A stretch of DNA of 64,000 nucleotides, taken from the NCBI RefSeq assembly GCF_036365525.1, contig NC_090387.1:88515691-88579690 (forward strand). The letters run 5' to 3'. This stretch comes from Heterodontus francisci (taxonomy: Eukaryota). A model generated the notes under the pieces. It had not been told where the DNA came from. It ran no database searches and saw nothing but the letters and a program-made list of their open reading frames with translations. A program made the position numbers and the translations under genes. This document shows positions 36,630 to 51,293 of this stretch, piece by piece; the first letter of the stretch is position 1; each line of letters starts with the position of its first letter.

Positions 36630-37565
36630 CATAGTGTCATAGAGTTATACAGCACTGAAACAGGCCCTTCGACCCATCGTGTCTGTGCTGGCCATCAAAC
36701 ACAGATCTATTCTGATCCCATTTTCCAGCACTTGGCCCATAGCCTTGTATGCTATGGTGTTTCAAGTGCTCATTTAAATACTTTTTAAATGTTGTGAGGG
36801 TTCCTGCCTCTATTACCTCTTCAGTCAGTGCGTTCCAGATTCCAACTACTCTCCAAGTGAAAACATTTTTCCTCAAATGCCCTCTAAACCTTCTGCCTCT
36901 TACCTTAAATCTATGCCCCGGTCATTGAAAGCTCGTTAAGGGGGGAAAATGTTTTTTCTTATCTAACCTATCAATGCCTCTCATAATTTCGTATACCTGA
37001 ACCAGCAACCCCCCACCCCCCACCACCTCCTTCTCTGCTGTAAGGAAAACAGCCCTAGCCTTTTCAGTCTCTCTTCAAAGCTAAAATTCTTCAGCCCAGG
37101 CAACATCTTGGTGAATTTCCTCTGCACCCTCTCCAGTGCAATTACGTCCTTCCTATAGTGTCGTGCCCAGAACTGTGGCCTAACCTGCATTTTATACAGC
37201 TCCATCAGAACATCCATGCTATTATATTCTATGCCTCGGCTAACAAAGGCAAGTATCCCATATGCCTTTCGAACCACCTTATCTACCTGTGCTGTTGCCT
37301 TCAGTGGTCTATGGACAAGTACACCAAGGCTCCTCTGGCCCTCTGTGCTTCCTAGGATCCTACCATCCATTGTATATTCCCTTGCCTTGTTAGTACTACC
37401 ACAATGCAACTCCTCACACTTCTCAGGATTAAATTCCGTTTGCCGCTGCTCTGCCCAACTTACCAGCCCATCCATATCGTCCTGTAATCTAAGGCTTTCC
37501 TCCTCGTTATTTACGATACCACCAATTCTCGTGTCATCTGCGAATTTACTTATCATACCTCGTAT
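36630..37565 (-). mobile_element. CR1 (HER1-like) 3' fragment
   Basis: Minus [13 protein letters not shown]...; tail gggcctgtttcagtgctgtataactctatgac. Confidence 0.9.
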
Positions 37566-38240
37566 ATGAGTGCTTTGCAGCTATTTTCATAAGGAAAGAG
37601 GATTCTGCCAATGTAGTCATAAAGGCGATGGCAGTTGAGAAACTTGATAGCATAAAAACAGATAAAGCGAACATACTAAGAATGTTGGCAGTCCTCAAAG
37701 TGGAAAAATCACCCAGTGCAGATGGGATTCAACCTTGGTTGCTGAGGGAAATAAGGCTGAAAATTGCAGAGGCACTGGTGACAACTCCCAATCCTTCTTG
37801 AAGATCAGATTGGTGACAGAGGATTGCAAATACAAATATTACACTCCTGTTTACAATCGCTGAGATGGATAAACGTGACAACTATGGGCCAGTCAGCGTG
37901 AATTATTCAGTGGTGAGGAATATTGGAGAGACAATAATCCTAAACAAAATAAAGCAACATGTGGAAAATTATTGGCTAATAAATGAAAGTTCACCCGAAT
38001 TTGTTAAAGGCAAATTGTGTATGACTAACCTGACTGAGGTTTTTGATGAAGTAACAGAGATTATTGATGAGGGCAGTCCATTTGTTGTTTTGTGTATGGA
38101 TTTTCAAAATGTGTTTGACAAAGTACATATGATAAGCATCTTAGTAAAATTAAAGTCACTGGGATATCGGGACAGTGGCAGCATTAATACAAAATTGGCT
38201 AAGCGACAGATGAAAGAGGACAAGTGGTGAAACGTTTTTT
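37566..38240 (+). mobile_element. Old CR1 RT fragment
   Basis: ORF 37865..38230 DNYGPVS...MDFQNVFDKV. Confidence 0.8.
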
Positions 38241-38529
38241 TTTCTCCCAGCATCGTAGACTTGACGATGTCTGGACGCATTCCTGCTTCGATCGTTGACC
38301 CCCTCATTCTGGTGAAATCCAGCAGTTCAACTGCCCTCATTTGTCACAGTGGAAGAGGGAAAATGCTTGTCCTTTCATCTCCAAAGGCTTTGCATATGCT
38401 GTAGCCTCCCAAATACATGCCCTTCTTTCCAGGAACCCCTTGTTTGAATCCTGTGCATTCAGGCTTCTTCCTCTGTCACTGTACCAAAGCGTTTTTTCTC
38501 AGAATCATAAATGTCATCTTATGTGACTG

Positions 38530-40310
38530 TGACAAAGGTAATCTGTTGTCATGATCCTTCACGACCTGTCTGCAACCTTTGATTCAACTAATCAGCGTAA
38601 CCTCTTCCAACGCCTCTTCACCATCATTTAGTTGGGTGGGAATGCTCTCATCTGCTTCTATTCTTATCTATCAAATCTCAGCCAGGGTACCACCTGAAAT
38701 GGCTTCACTTCCCACTCCAGCACTGTTACATCTGGTGTAGCCAGAGTATTTAGCCTTGCTCCAATTCTATATCTTATCTATATGCTTCCCTGCAGCGATA
38801 TAATTCAAAAACAGAGCATCGGTTTTCACATGTAAGCAGGAGAAATAAAAAATAAAACACTACTTCTATCTAATTGTACACTGCCAGGATTTTACTGGAC
38901 TCCTTATCTGATATCCAATACTGAACGAGCAGAAATGTGCTCCATTTAAACATTGGGAAAAACTGAAAACATTAATTTCGGTCCCTACTCCAAGCTCTCC
39001 TCTCTAGTTACCGACTCCATCCCTCTCCCTAGCAGCAGTACACGACTAATTCAATCTGTTTGAAATCTTGGCGTCATATTTGACCCTGAGTTGACCTTCT
39101 GGCTACATATTTGTATCATTACTAAGACAACATATTTCGACCTCCGCTATATCATATCATCCAGCTTCACCCTGTCTCAGCTCATCTGTTGCTGAAAACC
39201 TAATTCATGCCTAATATATCTCTAACTTGACAATTCCAACACACTCCTGACTGATGTCCCACATTCTCCTCCCTGTAACCTTGAGATCATCCAAAACCCT
39301 GCTGCCCATGTCTTAGCTCGCACCAGTTCCTGTTCACCTATCACTCCTGTGCTTGTTGACCAACATTGTCTTCCAGTCAAGTAATAATTGGATTTTAAAA
39401 TTCTCATCCTTGTTTTCAAATCCCCTCATGGCCTCACTTCTTCCTATCTCTAACATATTCTTCAGCACCCCAACCCTCTGCTTTATCTGCATTCATCTAA
39501 TTCTGGCATGCTGAGCATCCCTGATTGTAACCACTCCACTACTGGTGGCCATGCGTTCAGGTGTCTAGGACCTAAACTTTGGAATTTTCTCCCTACATTT
39601 CTCTGACTCTCTATCTCGCTTATCTCCATTAAGACATGCCTACAAAGCTACTTCTTTGAACCAGTTTTTGGTCATCTGAGCTAATATCTCCTTATGTGAA
39701 GCATCTCGGGATATTTGATGACTTTAAAGTTGCTTTACAAATACAAGTTCTTGCTGTCCCCATCATTATCTCAACAATTCGCTCTGATTGCCAATGGACT
39801 CTCATCCCACTATCCATCCTTTTTGATTATAACAGATTATAACACTCATTCGCTGTCTTGTTGACTGCTGGCCACCCAACTTCCTTCCTCCCCAACCTCC
39901 ACTCCCTGCCCTTTGCTGGATGATATTGTTCAAGGTTCCCTTTCAGTTCCCGTCCCAATGCAATCTGCAATTTTTCTTGAAAAATAGACCCCTCGGTCCC
40001 TTTGCCCTCTTTCAACGTACCATATCATCTCCAATTTCCATATTTGTCGCTTGTCCCAAATCAATGTACAGTTGAACGTGCCCATCTTTTTCTGCAACAC
40101 CATGTTTGAAGCCATTCAATCAGGTTGGTGGCACTGCCAAAGCACTGAAACGGCCCTTATCAAATCACGAACGAAATATTATTTGATTGTGATCTTGGTA
40201 ACATAACCCTCCTCATCCTTCTGGACTTGTCAGCAGCATTTGCTACGTTGATCACTCCTCTGTTGTCTACCGAAGTGGGACTGTATTCACTTGTTTCCAT
40301 TCTTATCTAT
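38530..40310 (+). mobile_element. L2-type LINE fragments (RT to 3' end ~38530-39760; further RT piece ~39760-40310)
   Basis: LHDLSATFD and LLDLSAAF, HSTETAL-like agcactgaaacggccct; L2-like C-terminus IQNPAAHVL, HITPVL-like. Confidence 0.7.
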
Positions 40311-40314
40311 TCGG

Positions 40315-42940
40315 TGTTCCAGATGAGAAATAGGTCCAGGGCTCCCTTTCAGACTTCTCCCTGGTCTTACCATAACAGGATTTCATTTTAAAACACAATC
40401 CTTGTTCACCGCTTTCCAGTTATCAGGCAAAGAAACTATCACAAACGGGCTTTCTTAGGTTTAAAGAAGAAAAATTGAAATTTATTAAACTCTAATTTGG
40501 TTAACACCGACACACGGCAACCACACTAGCAAGCATGTGCAATACAAACATGAAAATAGAGACAGAAAACAGCAGACAAAAATAAAGTGGAAAACTTAGA
40601 GGCAATAACTGAAGAGGTTTATTTTTACATTATTCGAGCCCACTGAAGAGTCCTTGATGTAGGTAGATCTTGCTTTTAGTTGGGTAACAGTATTCCTCTT
40701 AAACATTGTTCACTTGTTTTCTCTCTTGGGGCTCATGGGTCTTCAGTGGATTCAGAAGCTTGTGAGAAAGAGATGGTAGCAAGCAGACAGGAGAGGCTGT
40801 GATGAGCCAGCCAGGAGAGATCTTCTCAATCCAGCAATATTCTGTTTTCTGCCCAAACTGTCTGCACAGATTCAAAAAACTCAGGTTGCCCAGCAGGTTA
40901 GTCATGTGAAGAGCTGGTTCCCCTATGTCCATTTGTGTATTCGGCCACCTTAGCAGTCAACCTGGAATGCAATCTCTACCACCTTCAACATCTGGTGATC
41001 AAAAGTGTATTCTGTGTTGAATGTCAGGGAATGGCTGTTTTGTCCTTCTAAACACCGTCTGCCAATATGCAAACATCATTTCCAGTTATGTCCGATCTGT
41101 TCAACAAGTCCTCCCCTCACTCCAGCAACCGTTTAAAATCCATGTTCATGACAAAATTATTATGCCTCATTCTTGGCAGGTGGGGGCAGGCATACCACCT
41201 CCACACCAGGCAGAATGAAATGAGCCTTCAGAAAAGGCGCAATTCATTAAAAAGGGTTCAGTAAACTGCAAAGTTAAAGAAAAAAAAGCATGCATTTCTC
41301 TCATTCATCCCCATTCATTCACAAATCTTAAAACTTATTACCACCAATCTTCACTTGGTGCCAATGCTGCTTTAATTGCCACCTTTTTGGCATCACAATG
41401 AACACGTGGTTCTTTTTTGTTGGGAAGTTTCTCTTCCATTTTTCCATTTTCATGGCTGTGTAGGGTCTTTGTTCCTGCTGAGGAACTTATTTTTTAAAAG
41501 GATCAGTCGTGGGCGGGTCAAAACTGAACTCTCAGTGCTTTGCTGAGTCATGCAAAGGCTTTTGACTTCAAGGTTTGCTTTTTTTCTGATGGTGCCGGAG
41601 GATTCTTTGCTAATCTCCCCTTTGTCCCAGAGGACACTCCTGCCTGCAAGTGTTGGTGCAGACACTACTGCACTCCCTTGTGGCACTTCACTGTTTTTCG
41701 GCCCCCTACAGGTCTTTCTTTGTCTCTGCACGTTCCAGTAAATGCTGTTTGCAACTCTGATGGGGTGCTTCTTGTGTCTGCATTTACGTAGGATGCTCTG
41801 GGGTCCAATGTTTCACTTTTTTATGGGTTGGCTGACCGGACAGTAAGAGTTTTCATCTAGGATTCCTCCCGGGCTTCCTTTAACCTGCCATTTTGATCAA
41901 TTTTTCCACATCTCTGTCTAAGCTTTTGCCAGCCTTGTGCCTGCCTGTGCCCTTTTTGTTCTTTGTGGGGATCCCTTACAGTTCAGCAGCCCTCTGCTGG
42001 TGGGTCTTCCTAACACCGGTACAGGATTTAGATGTGCAGGTTTTACTGTAGGTTAGGGTTTCTCCTCAATCTGCCACATGTGGCAACTCCTGCAGTACTC
42101 CACCACATCGTTGTGGAGTTTTGCCCAATCAAACTGTCGTCTTATGCGGGCTTTGGTCTTTTGTATACCAGCATGTACAGCCACTATAGTCTCATGGGCC
42201 CTTCTTAATATTTCTCTCTGGTACCTCTGCGGCACCACTAAATGCTGAACCACTGCCAACTCCTTGCTGTCAGATCTGTGAGGAGAACTCAATTTCCTCA
42301 TCATTACCTCACCCTTAAAATAGTATCAATCAGGGACTACCCCTGCTTAACTTTCAGACTGGGCAGCCTGTGCTAACTCATGCAATATTAGGTTGGCTCA
42401 CTGAACCTCAGTGAGGCAAAATTCATTTAATTAATTCCATGGGTCTCCTAACTTTGCAAAGAAACTCTCGGAAAGGCAGACCTCATGGTCATCTGCCTAC
42501 AATGCCAATGCAGTCTTCTCTTTGGCAGCGGGTTTTTTATCATGGCCTGATCCACTCCACATTCAGAGAAACTGCAGGGGTCTGTGTCCTGCCACGGCCC
42601 TTTGTCTCTGACCTCTTGCGGTCTTTCTTTCATTACTGGGGTGGGTGGGGGAGGGGGGCGAGGTTGGGGATTGGGGCTACCACCTTCACCCCTGCCAGAT
42701 TGCTACCTCGGAGCAGGGCAACCCGTCCACGGGCAAATTAGGGACAATTGCTTTGGTCACTGGTCCCAAAACTAGGTCGCACTCCAGGTACACCCACTGC
42801 ACAGGTACAGGCATACACTGTGCTCCAATACACTTCACTGCACTGTATGCAGGAAAGGCCAGGAAATTTCCCAGTAAAAGGGATCTAGTGGCTCCTGTGT
42901 CTCTAAGTACACGTATGTATCCACATTTCACTCATTCTGC
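40315..42940 (-). mobile_element. Second Gmr1-like LTR element (3' LTR ~40315-41197, protease and integrase HHCC), 5'-truncated
   Basis: IRVLRDTGATRSLL protease; HETIVAVHAG...CRSCHMWQ integrase finger; purine-rich tract just before the LTR. Confidence 0.82.
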
Positions 42941-42984
42941 TTGCCAAAATTAACATGCTTAAAAATGGTATTCCAAAATTTCTA

Positions 42985-45900
42985 ACAAAAACATAGGACG
43001 TAGGAAATAGCAGCAGAAGTAGACCAAACTGGTAATCGAACCATTTTCGCAATTCAATAAGATCATGGCTGAACATGTACGTCAACAATAATTTTGCATC
43101 GTACATGCATATTCCTTAATTTCTTTAGTGCCAAACCTCCATGGGTCGCAGTCTTGAACATATTAACCCATTTAACATTTACAGCCCTCAGTGGTCGAAA
43201 ATTCCCCAAAGTCATAAGACTTTAATTGAAGAAAGTTCACATCTCAGTCCGAAATGGCCTATCCATTATTCAGAGACTATCAGCAATATTTCTAGACACT
43301 CCAATCAGTTGAAGTAAGCTCTAAGTATCAATCCTGTTAAGTCATCTAAGAATGCCACATGTTTTAATGAGATAACCTCCCATTCCTCCAAACTCCCGTG
43401 AATATAGGACAATTCCATTCAATCTCTCATAGAATAATAGATGGTTACAGCACAATAGGAAGCCATTCGGCCTGTGTGTCCATGGTGACTCTCCACAAGA
43501 ACAATTCAGCTCTTCTGACTCTCTCGCTCTTTAGCTGTAGCACTGCATTTTTTTTATCTTTAGTTAATTATCCAATTCTCTTTTGGACTTCAGAATTGAA
43601 TTTGCCTCCACCACACTCTCAGACATTGCATTCTAGATTCTAGCCACATGCTGTATTTTAAAAGAACACTCATCTCTCCTTCGGTTCTTTTGCCATTCAC
43701 TGTCGATCAGTATCTTCTATTTTTCGTACCTCCCATCAATAGGAACATTTTCTCCCTACCTACTCTATCCAGATTCCTCACGATTTTGAACATCTTTTTC
43801 AAATCTACTCTTTGTTCTAAGTAGAGAAACCAAGCGTCTCCAATCTATCCATATTAACTGAAGCCCCTCATCCCTGGAACATTTTCGTAAATCTTCTCTG
43901 CACCCTCTCTAAAGGCTACACATCCTTCTTAATTTGTGTGCCTAGAAATGGTCACAATAATTCACTTGAGGCCAAACAAGTGCTTTATAAATTTCCACCT
44001 TAACTTCCTTTCTTCCGTACTGTATGTCAGGATTATGAACCGCTTTCTGACCTGCCTTGCATTTTCAAAGAGTTGTGCACATATACCCACAGGTCTCTCT
44101 ACTCCTGCATCCCATTTAACAAATATATTCTTTATATAAAATATTACCTTTCCTTGTGCTTCCTACCAAAATGTATCACTTCACACTTCTCTGCATTAAG
44201 TTTTGTCTTCTACGTGTCTATCCCTTCCACCAGCCTGTCTATGTCCTCTTGAATTCTATTACTACCATCCTCACCTTTCTTGAAATTGTGTCCTGCACAC
44301 CCAAGTCTAGGTTATTGATATAGATCCAAAAAAAAAAATCAGTGGCCCTCGTACTCACCCCCGGGGAACCCCGCCCTACACCTCCCTTGTGTCCATAAAA
44401 CAACCGTTCACCACTACACTCTGATTCTCGTCACACGGCCATCTTGGTATCCATGCTGGCAAAGTCCCTGTTATTCCATTGGCTGACAATATTATTATCT
44501 GGCACTGTATCTAACGCCTATTGGATGTACATATATACCACATCAATCACATTATCTTCAGAAACTTTCTTTGTTACCTCATCGAAATACTCACTCAATT
44601 TTAGTTCAACACGATTCGCCTTTAACAAACCAGTACTGGATTTTCAGCATTGATCCACATTTTTCGAATTGACTGTTAATTTTGTTCCAGATTAGCTCTT
44701 CCAAAAATCTTTCCAACCGCAGAGGTTAAACTGGCTGCCCTGTAGATTCTGGGCTTATTTTACACTATTTTTGAACAAGAGTGTAATATGTGCAATTCTC
44801 CGGGCTTCTGGCACCATTCCTGCATCTATGGAGGATTAGAACTTTATGACCAGTGACTCCAAAATATTTAACCTTACTTTTCTCTGCTTCGTCTGATATA
44901 TTCCATGTGGTCTTGATGACTTATTAACTATAACTACAGCTAGCCTTTCTAAAACCTCCGTGTTATCAATATTTAGCTCATCTAATGTCTCAATACCTCC
45001 TCTTTCACTATGACCTTGACATCAGCTCTCCCTTGGTAGAGACAGATGCTCAGTAGTCATTTAGTACCTCCCCCGTGGCCTCTGCCTGCATGAGTAAATT
45101 CCCCGCCTGATCTGAATCGGCCTCAACCCTCCTTTTGCTATCCTTTTCCCATCTAGATGTTTATGAAAGACTTTGGGATCCCCATTTATTTCAGTTGCCA
45201 GTTTCTTTTGATATTTTCACTTTTCAATTTCTTGATTCAGTTTTTACTTCGTTCTGACATTTCTATTCTGAGCCTGGTTCTCAGTTGTATTATTGACATC
45301 TCTCATACGTATCGTCTTTCTGCATCATCGTACTCTCCATCATTTTCATCAACCATGGAGCTCCAGCTTTTCTTTTCCGACCGTTTGTCTTTCTTCTCCA
45401 CATAGTCTTCTCATCCACGGAATCAAGCTATTGAACCTTCTCCAGGGCAAGTATCTTTTTCCATAGGCAAGAAGACAAAATCTGTGTACAGTATTGCAGA
45501 TGTGGTCTCACGAAAGACCTATATAGTTGCAGCAAGACCTCCTTACTCTTATCCTATTAATCCCTTGCACTAAAGGATAATGTTCCCTTTGCCTCCCGAG
45601 CTGCTTGCTGTCCCTACACGTTCGCTTTCTGTGATTCCTGTACAAGGGCATACATATCCCTCTGAATGCAAATATTTACCAGTTGCTCACCTTTGAACAA
45701 TATTCTGCTGTTCCATTATTATTACAATAGTTGATAATTTCACACTTACCCACATTATACACCATTTGCCACCTCGTTACCCAACCCCTTAACGGGTCCC
45801 TATCCCTTCTTTGCAGCCATGTTGGCCTCACAATTTTCTCTCCGACCTAGTTTTGTATCGTCAGCAAGTTGGATATATTGCACTCAGTCCCCTCATTATT

Positions 45901-46400
45901 TATTTCAGATTGTAAATATCTGAAGCCCAAGCATTGATCCTTGCGGTGCACCACTAGATATATCCTGCTAACGTGAAAATGACTCGTTTCATCTGTATTC
46001 TCTTTGCTGCCTTTGGTCAATTTCAGTCCTTATCCATATGCTTCTGGCATGGATTTTCCGATCATAAAAGGGGCATTATCGTTTTCGTCTGTATAAAACA
46101 TTAGTATGATGTCTGAAAGAGTAGTTGATCAAAATACAAAAAATAGTACATCTTGTACGAAAATCATGCAAGTAAACTTGTAGCAGGTTAACACATTACC
46201 CCTAAACCCAAGAATTATGATCTTTTGTGACAGCATCTTGTATGAAACCTTACGGAATATCTTTTGAAAATTCAAACATACTACAGTCACTGGTTCTCCC
46301 TTCTCTGCCATTCTAGTTATACAGTAGAGAGTTCATATAGATTTGTCAAACACAATTTTCTTCTCATAAACCGGGTTAATTCTGTCGAATCATTTTGTGA
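42985..46400 (-). mobile_element. Cluster of old, nested CR1 fragments
   Basis: Repeated reverse-strand CR1 3' ends and RT remnants (for example ORF 46129..46311 VVCLNFQKIFRKV). Confidence 0.7.
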
Positions 46401-46622
46401 TTTTCCAACTGTCCTGTTATCAATTCCTTCAAAGTAGGCAACTCATTTTTTTTATTTGAGTGCCTGACATGAAAGTCGCAACACATTTTTAAAGAAGTCA
46501 AACTCATTTTCAGATCACAATGCTGCATCAAATTTCTGTCTTTTCCTGAACAATAGTGTATGGACCAATTGTACAGCTCTTCACTAAATAGCACGTGAAA
46601 TATCGTAATGTAAATTACGCTT

Positions 46623-48845
46623 TAGAACAAAGAACAAAGAAAATTACAGCACAGGAACAGGCTCTTCGGCCCTCCAGGCCTGCGCCGATCCAGATCCTCT
46701 ATCTAAACATGTCGCCTATTTTCTAAGGGTCTGTATCTCTTTGCTTCCTGCCCATTCATGTATCTGTCCAGATACATCTTAAAAGACGCTATCGTGCCTG
46801 CGTCTACCACCTCCGCTGGCAACGCGTTCCAGGCACCCACCACCCTCTGCGTAAAGAACTTTCCACGCATATCCCCCCTAAACTTTTCCCCTCTCACTTT
46901 GAACTCGTGACCCCTAGTAATTGAATCCCCCACTCTGGGAAAAAGCTTCTTGCTATCCACCCTGTCTGTACCTCTCATGATTTTGTACACCTCAATCAGG
47001 TCCCCCTTCAACCTCCGACTTTCTAATGACAATAATCCTAATCTGCTCAACCTCTCTTCATAGCTAGCGCCCTCCATACCAGGCAACATCCTGGTGAACC
47101 TCCTCTGCACCGTCTCCAAAGCATCTACATCCTTTTGGTAATATGGCGACCAGAACTGCACGCAGTATCCCAAATGTGGCCGAACCAAAGTCTTATACAA
47201 CTGTAACATGACCTGCCAACCCTTGTACTCAATACCCCGTCCGATGAAGGAAAGCATGCCTTATGCCTTCTTGACCACTCTATTGACCTGCGTTGCCACC
47301 TTCAGGGAACAATGGACCTGAACACCCAAATCTCTCTGTACATCAATTTTCCCCAGGACTTTTCCATTTACTGTATAATTCACTCTTGAATTGGATCTTC
47401 CAAAATGCATCACCTCACATTTATTTATTTTTATTTATTTAGAGATACAGCACTGAAACAGGCCCTTCGGCCCACCGAGTCTGTGCCGACCAACAACCAC
47501 CCATTTATACTAACCCGACAGTAATCCCATATTCCCTATCACCTACCTACACTAGGGGCAATTTACAATGGCCAATTTACCTATCACCTGCAAGACTTTG
47601 GCTGTGGGAGGAAACCGGAGCTCCCGGGGAAAACCCACGCAGACACAGGGAGAACTTGCAAACTGCACACAGGCAGTACCCAGAATCGAACCCAGGTCCC
47701 TGGAGCTGTGAGGCTGCGGTGCAAACCACTGCGCCACTGTGCCACCCCAATTTCCCTGATTGAACTCCATCTACCATTTCTCTTCCCAACTCTCCAATCT
47801 ATTTATCTTCTGCTGTATTCTCTGACAGTCCCCTTCACTATCTGCTACTCCACCAATCTTAGTGTCGTCTGCAAACTTGCTAATCAGACCACCTATGCTT
47901 TCCTCCAAATCATTTATGTATATCACAAACAACAGTGGTCCCAGCACAGATCACAGTGGAACACCACTGGTCACACATCTCCATTTTGAGAAACTCCCTT
48001 CCACTTCTACTCTCTGTCTCCTGTTGCCCAGCCAGTTCTTTATCCATCTAGCTAGTACACCCTGGACCCCATGAGACTTCACTTTCTCCATCAGCCTACC
48101 ATGGGGAACCTTATCAAACGCCTTACTGAAGTCCATGTATATGACATCTACAGCCCTTCCCTCATCAATCAACTTTGTCACTGCCTCAAAGAATTCTCTT
48201 AAGTTGGTAAGACATGACCTTCCCTGCACAAAACCATGTTGCCTATCACTGACAAGCCCATTTTCTTCCAAATGGGAATAGATCCTATCCCTCAGTATCT
48301 TCTCCAGCAGCTTCCCTACCACTGACATCAGGCTCACCGGTCTATAATTACCTGGATTATCCCTGCTACCCTTCTTAAACAAGGGGACAACATTAGCAAT
48401 TCTCCAGTCATCCGGGACCTCACCCGTGTTTAAGGATGCTGCAATGATATCTGTTAAGGCCCCAGCTATTTCCTCTCTCGCTTCCCACAGTAACCTGGGA
48501 TAGATCCCATCCGGACCTGGGGACTTGTCCACCTTAATGCCTTTTAGAATACCCAACACTTCCTCCCTCCTTATGCCGACTTGACCTAGAGTAATCAAAC
48601 ATCTGTCCCTCACCTCAACATCCGTCATGTCCCTCTCCTCGGTGAATACCGATGCAAAGTACTCGTTTAGAATCTCACCCATTTTCTCTGACTCCACGCA
48701 TAACTTTCCTCCTTTGTCCTTGAGTGGGCCAATCCTTTCTCTAGTTACCCTCTTGCTCCTTATATATGAATAAAAGGCTTTGGGATTTTCCTTAACCCTG
48801 TTTGCTAAATATATTTCATGACCCCTTTTAGCCCTCTTAATTCCT
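46623..48845 (-). mobile_element. Young 5'-truncated CR1 LINE interrupted by a SINE
   Basis: Long open RT segments (248 aa and 184 aa); tail (ttctttg)n. Confidence 0.94.
47420..47748 (-). mobile_element. HE1-like V-SINE (tRNA-derived)
   Basis: tRNA head ggcacagtggcgcagtgg...gggttcgattc, V-SINE core gcgtgggttttccccggg...ccggtttcctcccaca, CR1-derived tail. Confidence 0.9.
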
Positions 48846-49464
48846 CAATTTAATTGCAAGTCATATTACTCAGACACCAATTTGTAAAGTGTTCATCAAT
48901 ATATAGATTCAAACTATTGCTCAGTCATATTTTAGCATGGTTTGTTCAGACGTAAATCAAATTATTTCTCTAAGTTCCGTTTCCACTTCAGTCAATAATA
49001 GATTTACATTTTCGTTATTCAGAAAGTTCACAGGGCATGCATTCCTTAAGAAGCTTCTGGCATGGTGCTCGCCAATAATATAAGTGACTTTAGAAAAAAA
49101 AGACGGTCAACTGTGTGATGTCTGAAACAGCCAATGATCAAAATTTTTTAAAATGCATCTTGTCCGATAATGACACGTAAATACTGCTGGTGAAGATGGT
49201 CAAAGGAACAAATTGCTTTTCTGTTGAATGTGCAGAACGTTTTATTGAATGCAAATAATGAAATGTTGGACGGACGGGTTGAAAGAAAAGTCAGACAGAA
49301 TTGTGAAGTGGCAACGACCAATGAGAATGAAACTATTTTAGGATATTTTCGAGCACGGATGGAACAGCAAACGGGATTGATCATGAACTCCGAAGGGAAG
49401 ACAGGCAGTGCTTCAGACTGATATCCCAAGTGCTAGATCAGACAGGATAACAAGCAGTGACCTA

Positions 49465-49595
49465 ATATAAAAGCAAAATACTGCAGGTGCTGAAAATCTG
49501 AAATAAAAACAATAAATGCTGAAAATACGCAGCAGGTCTGGCAGCATCTGTGGAGAGAAAAGCAGAGTTAACGTTTCAGGTCAGTGACCCTTCAC
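49465..49595 (-). mobile_element. Penelope-like terminus with truncated hammerhead
   Basis: Reverse complement of the 7135-7240 and 10677-10800 terminus. Confidence 0.75.
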
Positions 49596-50532
49596 CAATG
49601 CAGAAAGTGTGATTTGTCATGGCCTCAACATCCAAGATGGGAACAAATGTCTTTGGAGGGAAATGCTCAGTCGCCAAGTAAATTGATCATTGATTGGCTT
49701 CTAATCCTGTCCTGTTGGATAATATCGTAATAAGATCGCACTTTAATGCTGAATCAAATACGGGATTATGGATAGAACACCCGACTAAACCTTGAGTAAT
49801 CATAATAATTTTATAAAAAAAAACATTGCAAGTTCTCAATTCAAACCAAAATCAAAACAGGAAAGCCACGAACCAGTCAGCAACTTTGGAGAGAGCAGAC
49901 AGATTAGCACTTGGGGCTCGGTTTATCTTCTGAACATAAGCATGAAGCATGAATATTTTCAAGTGACATGGTATATGGAATGGCTGAACAAAGAAGAAAA
50001 CTATTTCTGGAATGATAATCCGATGAAGTAACAATTAATGTCAGGCAATACAATGAAACATTCATAAATTAAAGACAAGGCAGTAATCGAAATCCCATGC
50101 AGAAAAAAACACAAAGTAAAAAGAGGAGTCAGGGAAATAGAAATATAGATATTTTCCCTTGTTTGACAGTACAAGTTAAATCACGAGAAAGTATATGACG
50201 GAATCTGACTGTCGACAGATATGCTGGAGAATATTACAATACCATGTCAAACTTGATGCAGAGTGCAAAGGGAATGAGAACAGTGTTGACAGTTCCAAAG
50301 AGGCCGATTGTGATGTTCAATGGCACACGTTCCAAGAGTTTGAAGCTGGAATGGAACGTGCCCACGACAAATTGGTTGAAGAAAAGAACTCGTTTCACGA
50401 CTTTGGAAAGGAACGGAAGGCTGAAAAAGGCAGCAGCAGGCTTAAATTCATAAACGACGTAAATGATTCCGTGATGTGCATATGGATCAAATCTTTTAAG
50501 CGCATTCATGTCTTCTTAATTTAGCTGCTGGT

Positions 50533-50648
50533 TTATACCATTGTGTAGACTAGACTTGTGTCTTTGTGTTTAGACTTCGACGTTTGCTTAGAACCAGTCA
50601 AATTCAGAGCAAGGTAGTCAGTTTGCTGCCAGTGGTGTTCTGTCTGGT
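50533..50648 (-). CDS. Terminal cytoplasmic exon of a paralogous IgSF receptor (TDYLAL, LVYTMV motifs)
   Basis: Minus-strand acceptor atgttttacag. Encodes (D)QTEHHWQQTDYLALNLTGSKQTSKSKHKDTSLVYTMV*. Same 23-residue Tyr-Tyr spacing as exon 7, and shares Y-x-x-LNLT with exon 6 and TGSK with exon 7. Confidence 0.72.
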
Positions 50649-51293
50649 CTGTAAAACATAAGGTGAAGATCTGTTAATTTTCCTTCATAAAGCTAAAGGA
50701 AAATTTCTTCAATTTGCTTTCCGATATCATCACAAAACCAATTATTGTTTCCACATGTGAACTGAGAGATACATCTGCATATATTGTGCTTTCTTCCCGT
50801 TAATTCGGAACTTCATGTTCCCTTTAATTGACCAGATAAAGAGAAGCGCACATCAGTTTGTCCTTAGATGCCTCTCGTTCTTTCCACAAAGTTAATGTTT
50901 AGCATTCATTAACTTACTTTTCCGCAGTTTTGAGAAGTCAAGAAACCCGTGTCATCATTGGCAATTGAGGCAACACTTTTGTATTGTAGTTCTAATAGCT
51001 ATCTACTGCTCGCCAGGCAGCAAAATTCAGAAGCTACTGGATTTGACGATTCTAAACTGTTCCGAAACTAACAAACATCATTGTTCAATATGTTGAAAGT
51101 TAGCAAAGAACCTCTGCATCTATTCTATTTCCTGAAGAATAGGTTTTACGCTTCAATGCAAAATATTCAATTTTCTGTATTCACAAAGAAGATGCGCTGT
51201 TATAAATTGAGAATGCAGTTTGTTTTCTTCATTAATTCAATCTGCAATTGGTAACAAAAATAAATAAAAACAAAAACATGGATTGCACGTTAC

